A DNA stretch of 64,000 nt from Hyphomicrobium sp. (GTDB lineage: Bacteria > Pseudomonadota > Alphaproteobacteria > Rhizobiales > Hyphomicrobiaceae), in the NCBI RefSeq assembly GCF_036780825.1, contig NZ_DAIQCD010000004.1, positions 33,412-97,411 of the forward strand. The letters run 5' to 3'. The translations under genes were made by a program, and so were the position numbers. Positions within the stretch are counted from its first letter, which is position 1, and the number at the start of each line of letters is the position of its first letter. Shown here piece by piece: positions 10,767-19,771 of the stretch. The notes under the pieces are model-generated. The model worked only from the letters and a program-made list of their open reading frames with translations. It was not told the DNA's origin and ran no database searches.

Positions 10767-13700
10767 CTATTCCGCCGGCGCAGGCGTCGGATGCGGCTCG
10801 GCGTCTTCTGCCGTGCGGCGCGACGAGCCGATGGCGCTTAGCACCGTCGGGATGACGAACAGCGTCAGGAGCGTGCCGAGCGACATGCCGCCGACGATGA
10901 CCCAGCCGATCTGCTGGCGGCTCTCGGCGCCGGCGCCCGTGGCCATGGCGAGCGGTACGGCGCCGAGCACCATGGCGCCGGTCGTCATCAGGATCGGGCG
11001 CAGGCGCAGCGTCGCAGCCTCGATGACGGCGTCCTTCCATTTGCGGCCGGCCTGCTCGAGCTGGTTGGCGAACTCGACGATGAGGATGCCGTGCTTGGTG
11101 ATGAGGCCCACCAGAGTCACGAGGCCGATCTGCGAATAGACGTTGAGCGAGCCGCCGACGACGTAGAGCAGCCCGAGCGCGCCACACATCGAGAGCGGCA
11201 CGGTGATCAGGATGATCAGCGGATCGCGGAAGCTCTCGAACTGGGCCGCGAGCACGAGGTAGATGAATGCCAGCGCCATCACGAACACCATGGCGAGGCT
11301 GTCGCTCGAGGCGCGATAGTCACGGCTCTGTCCATTGACGTCGGTCTGGATGCCCTGGGGCAGCACCTCGTCGACGGTGCGCTCGATGTGATCGAGAACC
11401 TCGCCGAGGGCGTAGCCTGATGCGATGTTTCCGGAGATCGTCACCGAGCGAAGCTGATTGAAGCGCCTGAGATCCTTCGGCGCGACGCTTTCCACGACGC
11501 GGACGATGTTGGAAAGCTGCACCATCTCGCCTGAAGGCGAGCGCAGGAAGATGGTGTCCAAGGCAGCGGGGCTCGAACGGTCCGGAATGTCGAGCTGCAC
11601 CATGACGTCGTATTGTTCGCCATTCATCTCGAAGCGCGTCACCTGGCGGCCGCCGAGCAGGGTCTCGAGGGTGCGCCCGACGACGTTGACGTCAAGCCGC
11701 AGGTCCGAAACCTTGGCCCGGTCCATCTCGATGCGGAACTCCGGCGTGTTGAGCTTGAGGTCGCTCTCGAGGCTTTCGAGGCCGGGATAGCTTTCGAGCG
11801 CCTGGAGGAGGCGCGTGGCCATCTGGTCGAGCTCCTCATAGGTGCCCGACGATTGCACGACGAACTCGACCGGCTTCGAGGAGCCGCGCTGGCCGAAGGC
11901 GTTCGGGTTGGGCGTGAAGGCGAAGACGCCGGTGATGCGGCGCACCTTCGGGCTGATCTCGCGGGTGATCTCCTGCTGCGAGCGGGTGCGCTCGCTCCAG
12001 TCCTTGAGAGGCGCGAAGATCAGGAAGCCGGACACCTCCGGGTTGCCGTTGATGACGAGGCGCGAGGCGATCTCCGGCACGCCGGCAAGAATGGCGTCGG
12101 CCTCAGCGCTATAGCGGCTGGTGTAGGCGAGGGTCGCCCCTTCCGGTCCGGTGCCGCGCACGCGGATGACGCCGCGGTCCTCGACGGGGGCCAGCTCGGA
12201 CTTGAGATTGATGAAAAAGTAGTAGCTCGAGCCGGCAACGCCCAAGGCAAGCATCAGCACGAGAACGCCGTGACGTACGACTGTCGTCAGCGAGCGCCGG
12301 TAGCCGCTCTCGAGCCCGGTCAGGATCCGCTCGATAAAGAGGAAGATGCGGCCGGGTTCGGGATTGTGGCGTAACAGCCGTGCACACATCATCGGCGTCA
12401 GCGTGAGCGCGACGAAGCCCGAGATGATGACGGCGCCGGCGAGCGTCAGCGCGAACTCGAGGAAGAGGCGGCCGGTCTTGCCCGGCGCGAAGGCGATCGG
12501 CGCGTAGACGGCGGCCAGCGTGAGCGTCATGGCGATGACGGCGAAGCCGATCTCGCGCGTGCCCTTGATCGCTGCCTCCAGCGGCTTCATGCCGTCCTCG
12601 ATGTGCCGATAGATGTTCTCGAGCACCACGATCGCATCATCGACGACGAGGCCGATGGCGAGCACCATGGCCAGGAGGGTCAGCGTGTTCACGCTGAACC
12701 CGAATATGAGCATCAGCGTGAACGTTGCGATCAGCGAGATCGGGATGGTGACGATCGGGATCAGAGAGGCACGCGGCGAGCGCAGGAAGAAGATGATGAC
12801 GAGCACCACGAGCAGGATCGCTTCGCCGATGGTGTGGTAGACGGCCTCGATCGAGCGCTCGATGAAGATGGCGTCGTCGTTGCCGACATGGGCCTGCATG
12901 CCGTTGGGCATGGTTTCGTTGATGCGGGGCAGCAGGGCGCGAACGGCTTTCGAGACGTCGAGCGGATTGGAGACGGCCTGCTTGATCACGCCGACGGCGA
13001 TGGCCGTGCCCCCCTCGAAGCGGCTTTCGCGCCGCTCGTCGAAGGCGCCCAGCTCGACGCGCGCCACCTCGCCAAGCTTCACCTGGTGCGTGCCCGACAT
13101 CTTGATGACGATGTTGCGGAACTCGTCGGGCGTGACGAGGCCGGTGCGCGACAGCACGCTGAACTCGCGGTTGGCGCTTTCGATGCGGCCGGACGGCAGC
13201 TCCACGTTCTGGGCGCGAAGCGCGTTCTCAACGTCCTGCACAGTGAGTGCGAAGGCGGCGAGCCGTTCGCGGTCGATCCAGATGCGCATCGCATAGCGGC
13301 GCTCGCCATAAATCATGACGTCGGCGACGCCGTTCAGGTTTTTGATCTGATCGATGACGAAGCGGTCGATGTAGTCGGTGATCTCGAGCGGGTTCAGCAC
13401 CGGCGAGTTGAACACCAGCATCATGATGGGCTGCGCATCGGCCTCGACCTTAGCGATCACCGGCTCGTCGATCTCGTCCGGGAGCCGGCCGCGCACGCGC
13501 GAGACGCGGTCGCGCACATCGCTCGCCGCCACGTCCTGGTCGACGTCGGGGCGGAAGCGCACACTGATGCGGCTCTGCTCCGAGCGGCTTTGGGAATCGA
13601 TCACGTCGATGCCGGGAATGCCGGCGATCGAGCCTTCCAGGATCTGCGTCACCTGGGTCTCGATGATGCGCGCGGAGGCGCCCGGATAGCGTGTCGACAC

Positions 13701-13838
13701 CGAAACCACCGGCTCGTCCACGTTCGGATACTCACGCACGGTGAGACGCGAATAGGAGACGATGCCGAGCAGGATGAGGACGAGGCTCAAGACGGTCGCG
13801 AATACCGGCCGGCGGATGCAGAACTCGGACAGGCTCAT
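10767..13838 (-). CDS. RND efflux permease (AcrB/MdtC-like)
   Basis: 1023 aa; CIRRPVFATV start; proton-relay motifs VVDDAIVVLEN, TKHGILIVEFAN, RLRPILMTT. Confidence 0.95.
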   Translation of the reverse strand: MSLSEFCIRRPVFATVLSLVLILLGIVSYSRLTVREYPNVDEPVVSVSTRYPGASARIIETQVTQILEGSIAGIPGIDVIDSQSRSEQSRISVRFRPDVDQDVAASDVRDRVSRVRGRLPDEIDEPVIAKVEADAQPIMMLVFNSPVLNPLEITDYIDRFVIDQIKNLNGVADVMIYGERRYAMRIWIDRERLAAFALTVQDVENALRAQNVELPSGRIESANREFSVLSRTGLVTPDEFRNIVIKMSGTHQVKLGEVARVELGAFDERRESRFEGGTAIAVGVIKQAVSNPLDVSKAVRALLPRINETMPNGMQAHVGNDDAIFIERSIEAVYHTIGEAILLVVLVIIFFLRSPRASLIPIVTIPISLIATFTLMLIFGFSVNTLTLLAMVLAIGLVVDDAIVVLENIYRHIEDGMKPLEAAIKGTREIGFAVIAMTLTLAAVYAPIAFAPGKTGRLFLEFALTLAGAVIISGFVALTLTPMMCARLLRHNPEPGRIFLFIERILTGLESGYRRSLTTVVRHGVLVLMLALGVAGSSYYFFINLKSELAPVEDRGVIRVRGTGPEGATLAYTSRYSAEADAILAGVPEIASRLVINGNPEVSGFLIFAPLKDWSERTRSQQEITREISPKVRRITGVFAFTPNPNAFGQRGSSKPVEFVVQSSGTYEELDQMATRLLQALESYPGLESLESDLKLNTPEFRIEMDRAKVSDLRLDVNVVGRTLETLLGGRQVTRFEMNGEQYDVMVQLDIPDRSSPAALDTIFLRSPSGEMVQLSNIVRVVESVAPKDLRRFNQLRSVTISGNIASGYALGEVLDHIERTVDEVLPQGIQTDVNGQSRDYRASSDSLAMVFVMALAFIYLVLAAQFESFRDPLIILITVPLSMCGALGLLYVVGGSLNVYSQIGLVTLVGLITKHGILIVEFANQLEQAGRKWKDAVIEAATLRLRPILMTTGAMVLGAVPLAMATGAGAESRQQIGWVIVGGMSLGTLLTLFVIPTVLSAIGSSRRTAEDAEPHPTPAPAE

Positions 13839-14995
13839 CAGGTGCCTCGCGCGGCCGGTGCGCTGCTGCTGGCGACGACCTCGACGATCGTGCCGTTCTT
13901 CAGCTTCTGCTGACCGGCGACCACGACCATGGCGTTCTCCGCAAGGCCTTCCAGAATCTCCACCATGCCGTTGCTGCGGCCCCCGAGCTCGACCCTTGCT
14001 TCAAGGGCTTGACCGTTCTCCACCGTGTAGACGATCTTGTCATCGCCGCGCGGAACGATCGCCGCTTCCGGGACGACGATCACGTTACGCGTCACCTGAC
14101 CCTTTACGCGGACGCGCGCAAAGAGGCCGGGCCTGAGAGCGAGGCCGGGGTTCTCGAGGCGGGCGCGGATCGACAGCGCGCGGCCGTTCACGTCGATGTG
14201 CGGATCGATGGCGTAGATGGTGCCGGTGAAGCTGCTGCCGGGAAGCGCATCGACTGTGATCTCGACGGTTTGTCCGGTGGCGACCTGGGCCAAGAACAGC
14301 TCCGGGAGCTTAAAGTCGATCTTAAGGGCGTCGATCTTCTCGAGGTTGACGATCGCTTCTCCGGCGCCGACGTAGGCACCTGGCGAAACCTTGCGAATGC
14401 CGGCGACGCCGCTGAAGGGGGCGCGGATCGCATGCTTCGAGAGCCGCACCTTGGCAAGCTCGAGGGCCGCGCGCGTGGTTTCGGCGTTGGTCGAGGCTTC
14501 GTCGCGCGCGCGCTCGGTGACGTTGCCGGAGCGGGCGAGAGAGTTGGCGCGCCCGAGGTTGCTTTCGGCGAACGTGAAGCGGGCCTGTGCGTCGGCCACC
14601 TCGGCCTGGGCCAGCGCGTCGTCGAGCTGCACCATTACGTCGCCGGCCGCGACGGGCGCGCCCTCGGCGAGGAAGATCTGCGTGATACGGCCGGGGATCT
14701 CAGAGGTGATCTGCACGCTCTCGTCGGATTGCAGCGTGCCGATGGCGCGCAGGTCCTGCGTCGACGTGGTGGCAAGCGCGGGAGCCGCCTCGACGGTTAC
14801 GCTCGGTATCGTGCCGGGTCTTGCATCGCGTTGCTTGCGGGCGGGGGCGTCCTCGGCGGCATCGGCCGGCGCGGCAGACTGCCAAAGGGCGGCAACGCTG
14901 TTCCGCGCCATGTCCCACGGCTTGTCGTCCCAAAGATAGAGGGTGACGCCGCCTGTGAGCGCAAGGAGTGCGCCTGCGATGAAAACCTTAACCAT
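13838..14995 (-). CDS. RND membrane fusion protein
   Basis: N-terminal TM, IGTLQSDESVQITSEIPGRI, IRAPFSGVAG, LRPGLFARVRV; stop overlaps the permease start. Start is uncertain (ORF extends to 15106). Confidence 0.9.
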   Translation of the reverse strand: MVKVFIAGALLALTGGVTLYLWDDKPWDMARNSVAALWQSAAPADAAEDAPARKQRDARPGTIPSVTVEAAPALATTSTQDLRAIGTLQSDESVQITSEIPGRITQIFLAEGAPVAAGDVMVQLDDALAQAEVADAQARFTFAESNLGRANSLARSGNVTERARDEASTNAETTRAALELAKVRLSKHAIRAPFSGVAGIRKVSPGAYVGAGEAIVNLEKIDALKIDFKLPELFLAQVATGQTVEITVDALPGSSFTGTIYAIDPHIDVNGRALSIRARLENPGLALRPGLFARVRVKGQVTRNVIVVPEAAIVPRGDDKIVYTVENGQALEARVELGGRSNGMVEILEGLAENAMVVVAGQQKLKNGTIVEVVASSSAPAARGT

Positions 14996-15432
14996 GCGTG
15001 TCCTTCTGCCCAGGGGTTTGTTCCGCGGCCGGACAACCGATTGAGACGAATGCGGCCGCGCGTCCGCGGCATCCTCTGGTGTCAGTTGCCCCGAACAACG
15101 GGCCAAGCACGCACAATCCGTCGTTTCTAGGGCGCTTACGCTCCGTTGGGATTGGGCACGCCGAATAAGCGCGCTCCAGATGTCTGCCGTAAGACGGCGT
15201 CACATGCCCGATGTGGGCCCGATGCGGAGCCGGAGCACGCGCATCGCGAACGATCAGGCTCTGGATACGCCCCGGTCGATGGAAGCACGGGGAATGGCCC
15301 CACATTTCGGTCTGATCAGGCTATTTTGCGGCATCGTATCTGAACCGCGGCTGAACGGGTCCAGCCTAGGGGAGCTTACGCTCGAAATGTGGCCGGAGCC
15401 ACAGTCATAACGGCTCGCGGGCGACCGGCCGC

Positions 15433-16587
15433 TCAATCCCAGCCGAAGGAGCGGAGCTGCCAGGGATCGTTGCCCGGATTTGCCCAGTCGTGGGGCTTGG
15501 CCGGGTGGCTGGCTGGTGCGGCGGGCTTGCTGGCGCGGGCCGACGGAGCGGGATGCGGCGCGCTGCCGTGCTCGTCAGGGCCGGAGATCGGCCAGGTCGC
15601 GGCGCGGTCGGCCAGCGGGGCCTTGGCTGCCGCGGCGGATTTCGACGCGAGGGCCTTTTCCGCGATCGCATCGTATTCAGGCAGCGTTATGGCCGGATGC
15701 GCGCTCTCTATGTGCACGACCCGATAGCCGCGGGCTTTGAGCTCGGCGAGAAGGCTCGCCAGGGCGCCAGCCGTGGAGGGCTGGATATCATGAAAGAGCA
15801 GGATGCCCTTTTTGGTGCGGTCGAGCTGGGCGAGCACGTTTCGCAGCACGATGCCCGGGCTCTTGGTGCGGAAGTCCTTCGAATCGACGTGAATTCCGAA
15901 GATGCCAAAGCCCCGGCTTTTGATGTAGTCGCGCGTCGCCTTGCTGTGGCCGAGATAGGGGAAACGGAAGAACGGTGCGACGGGCCCGCCGACGGCGGCG
16001 GCCACGGCGGAGAGACCGAGCTCGAATTCCCGCTTCATAGCAGCGTCACCCAGGCTCGCTAGGTTCTTGTGCGACCACGTGTGCGTGCCGACGGTGTGGC
16101 CGCGGCGGACTACTTCGCGCAGAGTCGCCGGATCGGAGATCGCCATGCGGCCGACCGAGAAGAATGTCGCCTTGACGCAATCCGCGTCGAGCGCGTTCAA
16201 AATGGGCACGGTGTAGCGGCGTGAGGGGCCATCGTCGAACGTCAGGACGACTTCGCCGGGTTCGAGAAACTTGGGCTCGTCCTTGAGGTACTGCTCTCCG
16301 AACTCGAGCCCGCCGGTCGCGTCGATCTCGACCACCCTCGAGGTGCCAAGCGCGTCGGGCCGCGCGTGGCAACCGGACGTGATGTCCGGCCTATCGACGG
16401 TGGCGACTGCGGGGCCGACCGAAAGAGCGTATCCGCCATCATGGCCGCCGCCATCGTGTGTGCCGTGGGGCGCATGTGGGTGAGGGACGTCGAAGCCGGT
16501 CTCGGCCCGGACATTTCCGGAGACCAACATGGCGCCGGCCACAGCGGCGAACGCCAGGGCCAGCCATGTGCACCGACTGGCGCTCAT
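15433..16587 (-). CDS. Exported polysaccharide deacetylase (CE4/NodB homology)
   Basis: Signal-peptide-like N-terminus; TFDDGP, HTWSH, RFPY and ILLFHD motifs; SD AGGAG upstream. Confidence 0.9.
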   Translation of the reverse strand: MSASRCTWLALAFAAVAGAMLVSGNVRAETGFDVPHPHAPHGTHDGGGHDGGYALSVGPAVATVDRPDITSGCHARPDALGTSRVVEIDATGGLEFGEQYLKDEPKFLEPGEVVLTFDDGPSRRYTVPILNALDADCVKATFFSVGRMAISDPATLREVVRRGHTVGTHTWSHKNLASLGDAAMKREFELGLSAVAAAVGGPVAPFFRFPYLGHSKATRDYIKSRGFGIFGIHVDSKDFRTKSPGIVLRNVLAQLDRTKKGILLFHDIQPSTAGALASLLAELKARGYRVVHIESAHPAITLPEYDAIAEKALASKSAAAAKAPLADRAATWPISGPDEHGSAPHPAPSARASKPAAPASHPAKPHDWANPGNDPWQLRSFGWD

Positions 16588-17009
16588 CCGGTCATCTCCT
16601 CTCGTGCAGGCCTTGATCGAACTTGGCCGGGACGGCGCAAGCTCTGCCCGTCGCATCCCCTTAACGTTGGTAGATGAGTTTGTAGCCAAATTGCAACCGC
16701 TCTCGGCAGCGGCATATTTTTCGCCAATCGCAGTGTCGCAGAGGTGACGGCTATGCTAGAGCACGGGCGCTTTTGGTTGGACGGCGATGTGCGATCGTGC
16801 TCGAAGCTGCCGTTTGAGAAGCTGGTCCACATCCGATGCGGGCGCTGGGCGCTCGGTCTTGTCTCTGCGACGCGGCTGCTACTGCGCATGGCAAAGCTCC
16901 CGGCTCTCTCGCCGAAGCGGCGCGGGCCGGGCTGCGGAAGCCGATGCCGCCGCTGGCGGTCGCGCCCCCGAACCCTCCGCATAGCGGGCGATGGCGTGAT
17001 GGAGCATTG

Positions 17010-18389
17010 ATGACAAGTGTAGACGAGACAGAAGTTGCTCCGGATGTCGAAGCCGTCAGCATCGCGGATCTGGTGCGCGAGGTTGCGCTCGCGCTGCACG
17101 ACGGGGACAATCCGCGCGCAGCCGCGCTCGTCACCGGCCTACACCCTCGCGATCTCGCGGATGTCGTCGAACTTCTCTCCCCGGAGCATCGCGTCGCGCT
17201 CATCCAGGCGCTGGGGCCGGCCTTCAATTACGAGGTTCTGTCGGAGATCGACGAGGGAGTCCGCGACCAGCTCTCCGAGGCACTTCCCAACGAGCTTCTG
17301 GCGAAGGCAGTCACCGAACTCGACACGGATGACGCCGCCTACCTGATCGAGAACCTCGAGCAGGCCGACCGGGACGAGATTCTTGCCCACCTGCCCAAGG
17401 GCGAGCGGGCGGCCCTCGAGCGCCAGCTCGAGTATCCTGAGGAGACGGCCGGGCGCCTGATGCAGAGCGACTTCGTCGCCGTGGCGCCCTACTGGACCAT
17501 CGACCAGGTGATCGAGCATGCGCGGGAGACCGACGACCTTCCAGATACGTTCGCCGAGATCTTCGTCGTGGATCCTGCATTCCGGGTTCTTGGCAGCGTC
17601 GATCTCTCCCGACTCCTGCGGACGAGGCGCGACGTTCCCGTCTCGGACATCATGGAGGCGGATCTGCAAGTCGTGCTCGCTACCGACGATCAGGAGTCGG
17701 TGGCGCGCCAGTTCGAGCGCTACAGCCTGATCTCGGCGCCCGTCGTCGACGAGAACGGCAAGCTTGTCGGCGTGATCACCGTCGATGACGTGGTGGAGAT
17801 CATCCAGTCCGAGGCCGACGAGGACATGCGCGCCCTTGGCGGCGTCGGCGACGAGAGCATCGGCGACACCGTCATCCAGACGGCCCAGAGCCGCGTGCCG
17901 TGGCTGATCGTCAACCTTGGCACGGCGGTGCTGGCATCGTTCGTCATCAAGATGTTCGACGCCACCATCGAGCAGATGGTAGCGCTCGCCGTACTAATGC
18001 CGGTCGTGGCGTCGATTGGCGGCAATGCGGGCACTCAGACGATGACCGTCACCGTGCGTGCGCTCGCCACCAACAAGCTCGGCGCCATCAACGCGCGCCG
18101 GATCATCTCGCGCGAGGCGACCGTCGGTCTGCTCAATGGTTTCGTGCTGTCGCTGATCATGGCCTCTATCGTGTTCCTGTGGTTCGGCTCGACGAAGCTC
18201 GGAACGGTGATCGGTGCGGCGATGGTGGTCAACCTGTTCGCGGCGGCGCTGGCCGGCATCCTTATTCCGCTGGTCCTTTATCGTTTCAAGCTGGACCCTG
18301 CGCCGGCATCGGGCGTGTTCGTCACCATGATCACCGATTGCGTGGGATTCTTCGCTTTTCTCGGGCTCGCGTCCCTGATCCTCTTTTAG
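17010..18389 (+). CDS. mgtE: Magnesium transporter MgtE
   Basis: MgtE_N helices, tandem CBS (YPEETAGRLMQSDF, GVITVDDV), TM motifs GGNAGTQT and DPAPASGVFVTMITD. Confidence 0.95.
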   Translation: MTSVDETEVAPDVEAVSIADLVREVALALHDGDNPRAAALVTGLHPRDLADVVELLSPEHRVALIQALGPAFNYEVLSEIDEGVRDQLSEALPNELLAKAVTELDTDDAAYLIENLEQADRDEILAHLPKGERAALERQLEYPEETAGRLMQSDFVAVAPYWTIDQVIEHARETDDLPDTFAEIFVVDPAFRVLGSVDLSRLLRTRRDVPVSDIMEADLQVVLATDDQESVARQFERYSLISAPVVDENGKLVGVITVDDVVEIIQSEADEDMRALGGVGDESIGDTVIQTAQSRVPWLIVNLGTAVLASFVIKMFDATIEQMVALAVLMPVVASIGGNAGTQTMTVTVRALATNKLGAINARRIISREATVGLLNGFVLSLIMASIVFLWFGSTKLGTVIGAAMVVNLFAAALAGILIPLVLYRFKLDPAPASGVFVTMITDCVGFFAFLGLASLILF

Positions 18390-18434
18390 GCCCGGATATC
18401 GAGCTTGGCTCTGAGGCACGCTCGCCCATGCAAC

Positions 18435-19628
18435 TCAGGGGCAGGCGAGCTGGTGGTGCGGCTCCGCCTGCACCGGGGCTTTCATCTCGGGAAGACGAGA
18501 GAAGAAGTCATGCTGGGCCGCGCACTTGAGCACGGTGACGGCGCGCCACGTGGAATAGGGATCGTCGACCTCGATCAGCGAAGCGCCGGCAAGCTCGAGC
18601 AGGGCGCGGGCGAGACACATCGGCAGTGACGGCTGGCCGACGCTCGGCGCGCCGGGCTGGCCGCGCAGATACACCTCGATCTGTGCCAGATCGCCGTCCG
18701 CGGTGGCGACGACGCCCAGGGTGCCGCGGGCATCGGCGCGCCGTACGGCCTCGGCGAGGAGGTTGATGAGGATCTGCCGCATCGGGCGGCGCTCCACGAG
18801 CAGCGACAGCCCTTCCGGGATCTCCGCTTCGAGCGTCAGGCCATGGGTGCTGCTCGGACTGCAATGGAAGGACCAGGCCTCGTCGACCATGGTCGCCAGA
18901 TCGACGGGAGAGATGACGGCTGCGGCCGGGTCATGATCGAGGAGGCAGGTGATGGCCAAGGTATCCTCGGCCGATTTCAGGAGATCGCGGCCGCACTCGC
19001 CAATGTGGCGGGCATATTCGCGGTAGCGAGGGTGTCCGACGGGCCCGAGCAGCTCGGAGTGCATGACGTCGGAGAAGCCGATCACGGCGTTGAGAGGTGT
19101 GCGCAACTCGTGGCTGACCCGGGCCATGAGATCGCCCCACGGCTGCGTGCAGGGTGTTGCGAGGCGGTTGAGGCGAGCGGCGGCGCGGGTCAGGCCGCCG
19201 AGGTCGGCGGGAAGCCCGGCGGGCATGATGCGGTCCCCCATGAAGGGCAGCGGGGAGGGCGAGGCCCCGCTGCCCTGTTCTTGCGGGGAGAGAGCGTTCA
19301 CACACGTCTCGGCGTGCGGCGGAGCCTTGGGCTGAGAGGCTGGCCGAACCGGCGAAGCCGTGCGGAACGGGAGGACTACGCTTGGCACGGCAATCGCGAA
19401 CAGCGCGATGGCAATGCCACTGACAAGAAGCACCTGCGAGGGCAGGGACGTGGAATGGAGCCAGGCGAAAGCCAGCGCCGAGACGTGGAGCGCCAGCGCG
19501 CCGCGGAGAAGCCATAGCCTGCCGGAGCCGATTCCGGACCGGGCTTCGGCCTCTGTGCGAGAGGTGGCCGGCGCGGCGTCGCCGAGGCCAGACTCCTCCC
19601 GTGTACAGGCCGACAGGGTCCCAGCCAT
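18435..19628 (-). CDS. Membrane HisKA protein with DivJ/PleC-like H-box and degenerate ATPase domain
   Basis: Two TM helices; MARVSHELRTPLNAVIGFSDVM; CA domain shortened with no DxGxG or GxGLGL. Confidence 0.8.
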   Translation of the reverse strand: MAGTLSACTREESGLGDAAPATSRTEAEARSGIGSGRLWLLRGALALHVSALAFAWLHSTSLPSQVLLVSGIAIALFAIAVPSVVLPFRTASPVRPASQPKAPPHAETCVNALSPQEQGSGASPSPLPFMGDRIMPAGLPADLGGLTRAAARLNRLATPCTQPWGDLMARVSHELRTPLNAVIGFSDVMHSELLGPVGHPRYREYARHIGECGRDLLKSAEDTLAITCLLDHDPAAAVISPVDLATMVDEAWSFHCSPSSTHGLTLEAEIPEGLSLLVERRPMRQILINLLAEAVRRADARGTLGVVATADGDLAQIEVYLRGQPGAPSVGQPSLPMCLARALLELAGASLIEVDDPYSTWRAVTVLKCAAQHDFFSRLPEMKAPVQAEPHHQLACP

Positions 19629-19771
19629 CCTGCGTCTCCAATTCCAAATTTTCGAGTGTTGCGCGTGACGAAGGATCACCGGCCGCCCGGCGAATCACAT
19701 GTCTACTTCACCGATTCGAGTCGCGCCTGTCGAGGGAGATTAAATGAGCGCTATCAGAGTTTTCCGGCGTG

